Shown here: piece after piece, positions 13,379 to 24,500 of the stretch
Layout: each line of letters begins with the position of its first letter
Position numbering within the stretch: the stretch's first letter is position 1
Assembly (NCBI GenBank): GCA_037447605.1
Contig: CM074809.1
Coordinates: forward strand, 1,664,689-1,728,688
Reading direction: 5' to 3'
Length of the DNA stretch: 64,000 nt
Source: Zygnema circumcarinatum SAG 698-1b
Lineage: Eukaryota; Plantae; Zygnematophyceae
Notes under the pieces: model-generated
Seen by the model: the letters and a program-made list of their open reading frames with translations, nothing else
Told to the model about the DNA's origin: nothing
Database searches by the model: none
Made by a program: the position numbers and the translations under genes

Positions 13379-15389
13379 ATGGAGGGAAGTAGACGGGATG
13401 GTGAGTTCTACAAGGTTTCGGAAGAGGAGAAAGAGAAGTTTACGACGGATGGGTACGTCCATCTGAAGGTGAGGAGTTAGGACAGGATTGATGAGTATTA
13501 GCATTTCTGAAGGCCAAGTGCTTTATCTCGTTATTGTTCTCTCAGGATTTCTTGCAATGTGGTGGTTGTTCAGGAAGAAGTTAGCTGCTATAATGCACCT
13601 CTGTCATATTTGTCTGTATGCTAAAACTATCCGGATGGAAGGGCTGCATTGCTGGTTGGGACGGACAGTTAGGCGTCAATTTGCGTGGCATTAATGTATG
13701 ATTCGTTGCGTACAATAGGGCGTATTGACTCCTGAAGAAATGGACGAAATTGAGAAAGAGTACATGCGCTTTATAAGGAGAGAGATAAAGGTGGAAGGCC
13801 GAGATTTCTGTGACATGTCCGGAGAATACTCCAAACCCATGGAAGATTATTCCATAATCAACATCATGCTTCCAAGCAAGTACGCTTCATTTTCTTTTGC
13901 ATAGCCTCAGAAATTGCTGATGGCAATGGCGTGTTTCATAAGAAAAACTCTGGCAATGTTTGGAGTTGAAATATGGAAGCCATCATAAGAATAGTGGGCT
14001 TGCAAGTTGAAGCTTCTAAAGACTGTTTGAAACATTACGAAGATCCTATCGTCAGAAAAGTCCTTCATAATTTTGTAACTCAGTTGTCCCAGAGTGCTGT
14101 CGAGCATGGTGCTACATAGAATAAGATCGTCCTGAGTTACGGCTTCACCCGCACATCTGTACATCTCCTTCTCCTTTAGGGTCTTGTGTTAGTTTTTTGT
14201 ACGAACACAATGTGAGCTATAAGAAGAAGCTGACCAATAGCAGCCATCCGGGACAGCCTGGGAAAGTGAAATTTATGGGGAAGGTGGCATATTGTGTTCC
14301 ATGTACAGCGATGAATAGGCGGTAGAACCACCTGTCGGACACTCTCATGCTCGTTCAGAGTCGGCTGTACACTGCTTCGTTTGACTTTAGGGATCAGCCC
14401 TTAAATAGCAACAGTCGGTAGTCCAATTCTGCCCCCACGCTTAAGGTGAGGGTACTGATGAGGCCATCCATTCCATCTCTTGACAGGTATAATCCATCGT
14501 TGAAAGGCATTGTGTACGAACGCGTGGCAGCGTCCATTGCTGCCCAGCTTTGTGGACCAGACTTGGTAGTGGATTATGATCAGCTGCTGGCAAAACCCCC
14601 AAATAAGCCGGATGCGGTTTTCCATTGGTGAGTTTCTTCAATCTTAGAATTCAGCTGTGTGGCCATATCACACAACGTCGACGCTGTCATTATCGCTCCA
14701 TCGTCCATTATCCATCATGAACTATCATCGCCATTATCTGCCGATTTTTGCAGGCATCAGGACCTGGGGTACTGGCCAGTGACAGAGGATCCTCGAACAG
14801 CCTCCTTTTGGCTTGGAATTGACGACTCGACCATCGAAAACGGATGCTTGCAGTTTGTTCCCGGTTCGCATTTAGAACCACACCTGCGAAGCCATGGGCC
14901 TTTACATGGAGATCGGGACAAGTCACATACAATGGCGGCATCTCTACTGGAATCAGATAAACCTGTGGTAAGTGATGAACTCGTGGGATGATGCTGGCGG
15001 CACTCATCTGCGACTAGGCCAAGGGTAGCTGTGCTGACTTCAAAATCTCTGGTCTAAAGCGTTGAATCTTTCATCTATCCTGGTGCTTGATTGCTTCAGG
15101 AGTAGTAATAATAATGTGATGTCCTTGTCTCACTAGAACTAAGGATTGCGGTGTTCTTTGCTTTCCTTTGCAGCCTGTGGAGATTAAGCGCGGTGATGTC
15201 ACTGTGCACCACGAGAGGACAGTGCATGGTTCAGGCGGGAACCAGAGTTCAACCAGCTGGCGGCGAGCTTGGGTGTTGGCATACCGGGCACGTAAAACGG
15301 TCGAAGAGGAACGGAGAATCGGATTTACCCACTCTCATAATGATAAGCTCGATGTGCTGAACTCCGTCGGCATCGAGGACAAAGCTTGA
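13379..15389 (+). CDS. Phytanoyl-CoA dioxygenase (PhyH) family 2OG-Fe(II) oxygenase, 5 exons, 273 aa
   Basis: Exons 13379-13468, 13719-13879, 14487-14627, 14754-14967, 15174-15389 join in frame. DGYVHLK, FHWHQD (HxD iron ligands), WLGIDDSTIENGCLQFVPGSH, GDVTVHHERTVHGSGGN (distal His) and RRA (2OG-binding Arg). Confidence 0.92.
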
Positions 15390-16550
15390 GCTTTTGGCAC
15401 GGACGAGTTCAGGGGGCTGAGCTTTGCCTATCGACATCTGTATACAATTTGCTGTAAATGTACGACAGTGGCTTATGGCCCTTTTTCTAACGGCTTCGAC
15501 CTTCACAGAGATGGCCATCGAAACATGTCACTCGCCGAGCCACATTCTTAGAAAACATCTGAAATTATATGTTTACGTTCGGTGACTTGCTCAAGGCTGT
15601 CAGGAGCGTGAAACCAGTAAATTACGGTTAGTTAAGGAATTTGTTTTTGGTTGCAAGGTGGATTTGTACGCATGGTTTCTTGATAGGTCATGTTTTGGCC
15701 AGAAAAACAGGCTACTGTTACCGCTGTCATTGTTAAATCAGAGGTCACTAAATGCGGGAGAGCAATTCTTGCCGGTGAGATTAAGTCGTTTTTTTCATTT
15801 TTAGAAGTGTTTCACGCAATTTATTTCCACGACCGGTCTTCGAACGTGTGCTCCAGTCCTATTTTTTGTAAAGCATTTGAATTGAAGGGTTTGGCTCAAG
15901 GTCTAGAGTGTACCCACATGCTTTTGATTGTTGCATTGAAGGGTTCAAGCTTTGACTTCAGGGAATGCATCAGTCAATGCAGGCGCGGGACTGTGTGGCC
16001 GAGTGATTGGGAGCGAACAGTTGGTTGGTACCCAGGGCCGGCCCCTGACCAGTGTCAGTCGTCCTGTTAGCTTGGCCGGCTGACCAGCTTCGTCGGTAGG
16101 TTTCATTCAGAGTTAATTTGTTGTGGAATCTTTCAAATCTCCATTCGGTGTTAGGTACCCAAGGGATTAAAGCAAAAAGTTATAATGACCATAAACTTGT
16201 CTACAGTAAAACTTCCAACTGATCAGTTGTGCAATGTGGAAGTTCCCCAATTCCACTTCCATTCAAAAGCTTCCAAAAACGAAGAAAACCCCGTCATATA
16301 TTCCGTCAAAAGTGGTACAACTGAAAACGATGTGTTTTCCGCTTGACCACGATTTCTAGTTCCGCCGTTCTACAAGGAAGCTTGCAGCACTAGCTTCCTT
16401 CAAACCTAAACATTCACCAGAAACCCCATCCGGCCCAACAATGCATGGCCATTCCTGAACCTCCCTCGTGCACCTGCCAGAAGGCCGGCCCTCGCTCGTA
16501 GGTTTCTAAGAGCCACAACCGCAGCGACGAGAAGGGCTTGAAGAGAGGCC

Positions 16551-19500
16551 CTAAAGGAGCGCCATGGCGTCGAGGCTGTAGGGCGCCACCAAGCCGCTGT
16601 CGCCCTCCACGAGGCGCTTTGCGATGTCGCGATAGACGGCCTGCGTCAAGTGGCCGCCGTCCCACCACACGAACTGGTCGCGGTCCGCGCACACCGTCGC
16701 CGAGGGAAGGCGGCACTCGATCTCGGCGCCAAAGCGGCCGCCGCCACAGCACGCATCAAAGCCATTGGACAGACCTGCAGTGGGCACCACTGTGAGAATC
16801 GTATCTGTTCTTGATGGATAAGGGCCGGATTAGGGCTCCACGCAACTTATCAGTGAGTGGCGAATGGAGACTGATGGAAGGGAACTTAGGAAATTGAATG
16901 AGTAATTCTGCAGGAGAATAACGGGGTGCTGATATGCGTGAGTGGCAGTCATATGACACATACCAATGCTGCCTGGATTTGAGGTGATGCGGTAGATGTA
17001 TTCTTGGGTTTGGAATCGCGTGAAGTATGCTCCTGGGAGCTGTACTTGGAGTGCGATAAGGAGGCTTTCCAGGGCTGCATTGTGTGCTGTAACAAAGGGA
17101 GTGGCGAGGGTGAGGCACTTAGGGCTCGACTCCGACGCGTTGGCAGAGACGAGCAAGGAAGGCGTGCAGCCGATGTCCGGCAGCTCAAAGACAAGGAACT
17201 TGCGAGCGCCAGCGGCATACAGAGTCTGTCAAACGAAGGAGACAAATTATAAATCGATTTAATTATGTAGCAACGAATTAGTGTTCAAGATTGTCTGCTT
17301 CACAAAAAAGGCAAGGAGGATCTACCCTGTTGGTAGTGAGGTGTCAAAATTTTGCGAACTGGAGGAGATAGGCGACTTGCATGTTACCAGTTCCTTTCCC
17401 ATCGCTAAACCCCAAGCTCTGAATAACTTTTACATGATCTGTTAGCTGCTAATTTAGTTCGTTCCCAACGTTGCTCACTTGTTAAAATTTGAGATTTGCA
17501 CGAAAATAGCCTTTTGCATGAAAAAAGCATGATCGGCCTATCCGCTGAGTAACAAGCAGCAAAATTCACTCTTCTCCATGCAATGATTTTCCGCAACAGC
17601 TAACAGTCAATGAAGATCTAACTGACCATGTCCTAAATCCTCATGCACCAGATTATGCTCTCTTACCTGCAATGTCTCAGCGATCCCATCAATCACTCTG
17701 CCAACGAATTCTGTTGCATTGATTGCTGTCGGATTCGCCAAATATGAATAGTAGTCATTTTCTCCCGATGAGATGATGAATAGACTCGTCGCTTTCTCCT
17801 GGTCTCTCCCAATTCATGCACGCAAAGGCGTTGCATTTAGTCAGAGCAATATTCAGCTGATAGTGACCTCCTTATGCCGTACAACACTACATCTCGGTTC
17901 ATAAGCAAGCCATGGAGGCACGAGTCATGACAAGAGTGTCAATGCGCTTTCAGAAATAAGAGTGAAGTACGGCACATGCTTTGGAACTAGAATGCAACCG
18001 ATGCTCACCTCTGCAGTGTAGTTTGAACTCGAAGCCTTAAACTGGCCGATTTGGAAACCGAGTGAAAAGCAAAGTGTATTCTGCAGGTTGAAAGACATCA
18101 CTCAAAGGAATCAACCATCACAAGCACTACATTTCTTTACCACATGTCTGGCAGACAACCAGAAAAAAAAAAAAAAAAAAAGGGGTTGTGGGAGGGTGGG
18201 ACTTCAGCTTACCGCCATGCAGCTTGTTTCTGGGAGTACCCCTGCGCCCGCTGAGGCGAAATTAATCCCCGTGGCAGAATAATTTGATGAAGAAGTCACA
18301 TCCGAACCTTCGTATTTGGGCACCGGAAGAAGTCTTGAGGACTCCGCTGTTTTAGGAAGCCACAGGGCAAGAAAGAGCGGTGAGTGCTCAGCAACTAGAA
18401 ACGAGAAGCACGAAAGCAGTAGACATCAACAAGCATTGTTGCGCGCACCAATGTAGTCCAAGATGGTCTTCCCGTTTGAGAAGCGGCCGCTGGCGGGTAT
18501 GTAGTCGATGCCGTACGGAAGGTAATTCGCCTTGAATGGGCTTGCGTCAATATCGTTGTTGTTTCCTATGTCAAGTGTGCTATCACCCAGAGCAAACAGC
18601 GCGGTGAACGGCCTCCGCAAAAGTGGGGGGGAGAATGGTCTTGGATTGCGGGGGAAAGGGAAGGGGAGGGAAGGATTAGGGGAGGGTGCGGGGGAGTTAC
18701 CCAAGGCGAGGGAATACTCACTCCAGGGGAGGGGAGGGTCACTCAAGGGGAGGAGAGGGTCACTCAAGGATAGGGGAGGGTCACTCCAGGGAAGGGGAGG
18801 GTCACTCAAGGGGAGGGGAGGGTCATTCCAGGGAAGAGGAGGGTCACTCCAGGGGAGGGGAGGGTCATTCCAGGGAAGAGGAGGGTCACTCCAGGGGAGG
18901 GGAGGGTCATTCCAGGGAAGAGGAGGGTCACTCCAGGGGAGGGGAGGGTCACTCAAGGGAAGGGAAGGGTCGAGAGGGGAGACGTATGGAAGTGTAAGGG
19001 AGGGCGTGGTCTCTGGGGGATTTGAGGCCTGATCGGGAAGATTATGTCGGCAGGCGGGCGAGGGGCCGGTTGCGAAGAGCACGCAGCGGCGCGCGTCAGG
19101 GAACGCGGTTTGGTGGGCGTCGCCAGGCCGGAGGTTGAGGTCGCCCACGCGCACGGCCGTGAGGGGCAGCGCCACGCACTCGCTCTCGAAGGCCCCCCGC
19201 GGAGCCTGCAAGCCAAGCCTTTCCCAGCCGGGGTTCCGTTAGAGCGCAGCAATGCGAGCAGGAACTGAAGAGAATCATATGCGCAAGGGCCAGACGAGGT
19301 TACCTGGATGAAGTCGCGGACGTGAAGGTATGAGGGCTGCCCCGTCATATAGAACTGCCAGGGGAAGCTGAGCTCAGTGCCACACAGGGAAACCGCTCTG
19401 CCTGTGATTCCCACCACCGCCGGCACGCCCTCCCCCGTGGTTGAATTCATCGCCATCAAGGCGGGCCCCACTGCTTGGTCCGGCGCGCCGTCCAGACCGA

Positions 19501-19726
19501 TCACAGGAGGAGCCTTCTCGTGGCCTTCGAAGTAGAAGCTGCACAAGTCCAGCGCGGCCTGCGGGCACGTCGCGGCCACTTCGGCGAGACGCCTCTCCCA
19601 CAGCGCAGAGCTCCTGCGGACAGCGCCTGCAGGTAGAACGTGCAACAGCGCCATGGCGACACCCAGCAGGAGGAGCAGAGACCTCGCCATGGCGGGAGGC
19701 ATTTTGAGTTTCGCAACAGCAACCAT
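16551..19726 (-). CDS. Secreted GDSL/SGNH esterase-lipase with an unassigned N-terminal domain and Pro-rich repeat linker, 7 exons, ~667 aa
   Basis: Exons 19726-19304, 19205-18449, 18346-18213, 18080-18009, 17798-17667, 17225-16964, 16774-16551 join in frame. Blocks LGDST, GRFSNG, GINFASAGAG, SGEND, CCGGG, WDGGHLT; signal peptide MARSLLLLLGVAMALLHVLPAGA. Start could be 19726, 19702 or 19690. Confidence 0.9.
18720..18971 (-). repeat. Coding minisatellite, 12 x 21 bp, encoding (DPPLPW[S/N]) units
   Basis: + strand unit ACTCCAGGGGAGGGGAGGGTC and variants, counted from the translation DPSLPLS-(DPPLPWS/DPPLPWN)...DPPLPWS. Confidence 0.97.
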
Positions 19727-19912
19727 GGCCTTCCGCCCTTCCCGCCATGGCCTGCCATTTATGGGCGCAGGCAGCCCGCCAGGAAGCCCCCCCCCTCCCT
19801 GCGAGGGAGGCGAGGCCGCCTCCCCTCCCCTTCCGTTGCGGCGCAGCGCTCGAGCGGCGGGCGGCCCACTGCCGGGGCGCCCGTCAGGTCATCAGCCGCT
19901 CAACGTTTTGGC

Positions 19913-19922
19913 GACACGTGGC
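19913..19922. promoter_or_regulatory. G-box/ABRE (GACACGTGGC) ~190 bp upstream of the GDSL gene
   Basis: Exact consensus match in the 5' region; function is inferred. Confidence 0.4.
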
Positions 19923-20391
19923 AGATTCCCGCATCGCCGTTGACCGAATTGCATGCCAAATCTGCACCCGCCAATGGGCGCCGTCAGGTGTTCCGTGAAC
20001 ATGCTTTGGGAGCTCCGCGCAAAATCCACGCAACCCGCCCCGCGAGAGGGGGAGAGGGTTGGCCCGTGGGGGCACGCGGCCGCGGGCGGACGGCCCTCCC
20101 CGGGGTCAGAGCAGGCGCGGATTGGACGGGGCCGCGCCACCCCGCCCATCCGAGGATGTCATTTGTCGTATCCACTACGGATATCCAGAGCATGCTCACG
20201 TCAGCGAAGTCGGTGGGCTCGACATCGTTGGCCCGTGGCAGAGTTGGCGTGTGGAGGTTCAACGACTCCAGTGTGCCATTAACGGCCGCGCATTCTGCCC
20301 ACAATGCGGCTCGTCCCTCGCTATTGGCGGAGGGGACGCGAGACGGGCCTGTCTCTCCCTTCCTCCCTCCTTAAATGATAACCATTATTAT

Positions 20392-20595
20392 TAGGGGGAG
20401 TCAGACTTTGACCAGCGCTTACGAAATTCCCGAATTCCTTCTACTAAAAGTCACTTCTTTCGTGTACGAATTCCGGGTCGGGATCCGCGGCTCCACCGCA
20501 CACAGCCGTACCGAAATGCGTACCGAGCCAATGCTGAATTCGCCCGACAGGCTTACGAAAGTGATTTGGCGATGGTCAAGGTCTGACTCCCCCTA
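20392..20595. mobile_element. 204-bp MITE-like element with 23-bp terminal inverted repeats
   Basis: Left TAGGGGGAGTCAGACTTTGACCA (20392-20414) versus right TGGTCAAGGTCTGACTCCCCCTA (20573-20595) match 22/23 as reverse complements. GCTTACGAAA occurs inside both ends; there is no coding capacity. The outer TA could be a TA target-site duplication. Confidence 0.75.
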
Positions 20596-21505
20596 TTGAT
20601 AACGGGATCCCTCAGGTCAGCCAAATCTTACTTGGTCAAACCTGGAACATACCGTTGTAAACGAACAGATTGCGAAGTTGAACTTCATTCATATTGTTCA
20701 ATTTTCCAAATCGAAAAGATTCCGACCTCGAGTGTTCCATGTTCAACTGAGTTGAATTGAGCTGGACGTTGAGAAATTCAAGAAAAAAAAATGTTCAAAA
20801 GTCTCAACCTATTTGGTGCCACGTTACTGGACCGTACGGTTTGTTGGGGACAGCGAGATCAGCCTTCCGTTCAAACTGCGGCTAGTTCTACTAGCCCGTT
20901 CCATGTCGCCGCGCCTTCTGTCGGATGCGCCTCCTTTATCCTTCGTCTCCCGCGAGGTCCCCGAGCCACATGACGTCACTCCCTGCGTCACGCGAACGGC
21001 ACTCTGCTGCACGACCTTGCGCCACGTGGTGGCTGACAAACCAAGTTGTGTACGGCACGACTGAGTGTACGGATGAGTGTGTGCGCGCGGCTCTCATTGG
21101 CTGCAGCCGGCTGCGCTGGCACACGGGTGTGGCACCAGCCGATCTACCATGCGACAAAACCGTACAGATAGCCGTACGGCTGGAGGCTGCGGTGCTTTCC
21201 AGGCTGCCCGGCGCAACGGGCAGGGTCGCGCACCAATGAGAGGCGCGCAGGCGGAGGCCGTCCCGCGACCAGCGCGGACCGCGTCGCTGTCCGTACATGG
21301 CCCAGCGGGCGGGCGAGGGCCATGGATCAAGGCGCGGGATGTTCTCGTCTCGATACGATGCGATACGATGCGCAACGGCCCCTGCGCGCGGCCTCCTGTC
21401 AGAGCGGAGCACAGTAGGCGCGCGCCTGCTCTGCTTCACAGCGGAGGGAGAGAGGGAGGGAGAGAGGGAGGGAGGGAGGGAGGGAGGGCCGCCTCGCGAC
21501 CCGCC

Positions 21506-24500
21506 ATGGCGGCTGCTGCTTGCTTCGACGGAGCTTCTCTTGTGAATAACACGTGCCTGTGCCCGCCAGGGAGTTTCTACGCTAGCAACCAGACGTGCGT
21601 GTCGTTTGTGCCGAAGCTGGACAGGAAAGCCGTTCCTGAAGTTGTCGACTTCACATTTATCCCTAAATTCGATGCATCGATCTTCAAGAGTGATAACAGT
21701 CTCGGCCAAACATTCTTTATTATTCTTACAGTTGTCACTCTTGGCGTTTGGCTGCTGACCACGCTATCCCTACGCTTGTTTCCCTTACGGGGTGTTTGGT
21801 TTACACTGCGGCGTTATGTGAGCTTGGTGGACTACGCTTTCTCGAAGAAGCACTGGATTGTAAGTGCAGCATTCACTGAATCAAACGCAGTTCCGGCAGC
21901 AGTGGGACCAGCATTGCTGTTTCAAAACTTTAGTTCTAGAACAAGCGATATGAACATGCATATTTATTTCAAAGCTTTTTTTTTCCACCACTTTATCTTC
22001 CCTTATTGCTGCCGGAATAGGTGCTATTGACTCTCAGCGCTATCAGTAGCCTTGCAGATTGAAGTCATAGAAAGGGACGAAGCAATTACTGAATTGTCTT
22101 TATGCGGCCATTGCGTCCTGTAGGATGAGCAAAAAGTTCAAGTGAAGCGGAAAACGGAGTTGGGAGGAATGCTCTCCATCGGCGCGTTCATTTTCATCAT
22201 CGGCATTTGTCTCGGGTATGTTTGCTGAAACTTTTCAAAATGTGTAGGCTCAACGATATCATTCGGTCGGCAGTCACACAGTCCATGGTATTTTTCTTGT
22301 CTTGAAAACTGTGGCCATTCCCCAACGGGAGTTCCTAAAACCCTTCAGGCTTTCGTGAGTGCCATGCTGTTTCAGGATCCTTTCGTCTTCGGAAGCACCC
22401 TGCAGCTTGTAGATTGAAGGGCAGCTTTTCTCAGTCAAGACATTGCATTGGCGGTTTTTTAATTTTGGCTTTTTCCTTTACTTAGGTCTGGGAGTCGTCG
22501 CTTTGGTGCTATGCGTTTGCAGCTTGTCTCAGTTCTCTGAGTATGCAACTTTGTAGTATGTGAGAGAAATGATCACCATCGATTGATGTTTGTTTTCAAG
22601 AACTTGATAGTCAGCACGTAACTTACCTGAAAACGAAAGGCAAGCCATTTCGTACATCCAAACTTGCTCACATTACCATTGAACCATTACTGGGCCATTT
22701 TTCTTGATACTGCCAATTGAGTTTCCATCTTCATTTAGTTCGACATACCATTTTGACAAGAAAAAGCTTGGGAACTCGAAGTCATTGGAATTTTACTCGC
22801 TTATACCACTTTTGCAGTTAAGATGTACACGATTTGAGGATAGTTCTGATAATGAGACAACCAAGGACAAACTAAAATCTGGCTGCTTGTGGATGATTGC
22901 TTTTCCTGTTCAGCTATTCTGTTTAAGTAACTTCTGCCTACACGCGTGTCTTGTAGGATTGTCTACCAATTTTTTAACAACAAAAGGACGGCAATTCAAA
23001 ATATTGTTCCGACGACAGGGCAAGATGTGCAAACTTTTAAAAATGACTTGCTATTCAACGTCACCGCAGTGAGCAACATGAAGTGTTCTCAATGGGTCGC
23101 ACCTGATGTACTCATTGTAAGCTCTAGGCTTCTTTTGCGTATGCCCCTTGAAAGGTTCCTGAAGACCGTTTTCTTTTGCTTTCTTCGTCAGAAAATGGTT
23201 TTGAAATTGTAGGTCAAGTTACCATAAAGCCTGCATACTGTAAAAGCTTGATGTTTTCAAGTCCCTTGTTGATGCGTGTGTCATCTTGGAAATGTGATGC
23301 TGTGTGTCGAAGTTCAAGTATCACATTCGAACTGATAGATGTCAGAATGGCTGCCTCCTGTCCGTGTCTGCGCCACAGTTGAACATGTTGAAGTCCTCAG
23401 CCAATCTCCTTTTTCCATCATCTAGATCTTGCTCAGTGACGTAACATCTCAATGTGGGATTGGTAGTCATGTCCACTTGAGTTTCATTAGAATATATATC
23501 ACAATCTGTAGGCACGAATTCATGAAGATGGCGACTTGCAGTTAAGCTGATGGAATGTATTGATGACTACTTGTTTACAGGTGGGAAGTGCATTTTTCAC
23601 ATTACGAGGTGTTCCGATTAATTCTGTTGCGAATATCACTTGTGAAGATACGCCGTCTGGGCCGAGAGTGTCGACCTTCTGTCCTATGTGTCAAATAAAA
23701 TACGATAACTACTATTTCGGCTGGTCATTCATAGATATCCCGGAACAGGTAAGTAACTGTCTGCTTCTCCTTTCGTAGTTCTGCTGAAGATTGTTGAAGC
23801 AGTCTTGCAAGGACAAAGGAAATGGCCGTCTTTTCGGCGAGCCCCTTTTTCATCAGCAAAGTATTAATAAAGAGGTTCGTGGAATGTTATATGGCAATCT
23901 TTGGAGGAGATGCCATGAAGACAATTCGACGAGCACACGCGTCTAAGTTCTTCCTGTCTGATGTCTGCATTACAGAATCTCTATGCTTCCGCGGTGGGAT
24001 TTGAGTTCACCGTTGTGACAACAGCAAGCTCCAAGTCAAGGCAGAGTCAGATCGTTGGTAAGGTGCAGGCTGGCTCGAATGGAACCTACGCTTACCCTTC
24101 AACCCTTCGTGGTTCAGACTCCAGCGTATTAAACATCAGGTGAGAAGTGGTGTGGAGTGATCCCATCACCAGCATATCGTCATCCACAGCATCTCGATGC
24201 ACTTTTTGTGACCCATTCAGTCTTGTCCTCTTAGTATGAACGTCCGGCTTAAAGGTGGTTGCCAGCAGAATGGAATGCTGAAGAATGGTCTATTTGCTAT
24301 TGAAGCCAGAATAGGAGAAGGGCAGAGAATGAATGAACATAATATGCCGATTCATTATGAGATGCTTATTAACTTGGTGAACACTATAGAACTGTAGGGT
24401 ACTGTTTCGGGGTCCAGCTTAGCAAAAGTTTAGGTTTTGCCATAACGTTGAGGACTTCGTCCAGCAGCCCTTCGCGCTCTGAAAAGCTTTGATTGAGAGG

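Noticed and set aside
16374-16400. 9-bp perfect stem AAGGAAGCT/AGCTTCCTT, and a similar small hairpin at ~10809-10845
   Set aside because: Stems this short are expected by chance in 64 kb; bacterial-type terminators are not relevant here.
18532-19032. + strand ORF with (RGGSLQG)n resembling an RGG-box RNA-binding protein
   Set aside because: It is the antisense reading of the GDSL 21-bp repeat; it has no independent promoter or splice support.
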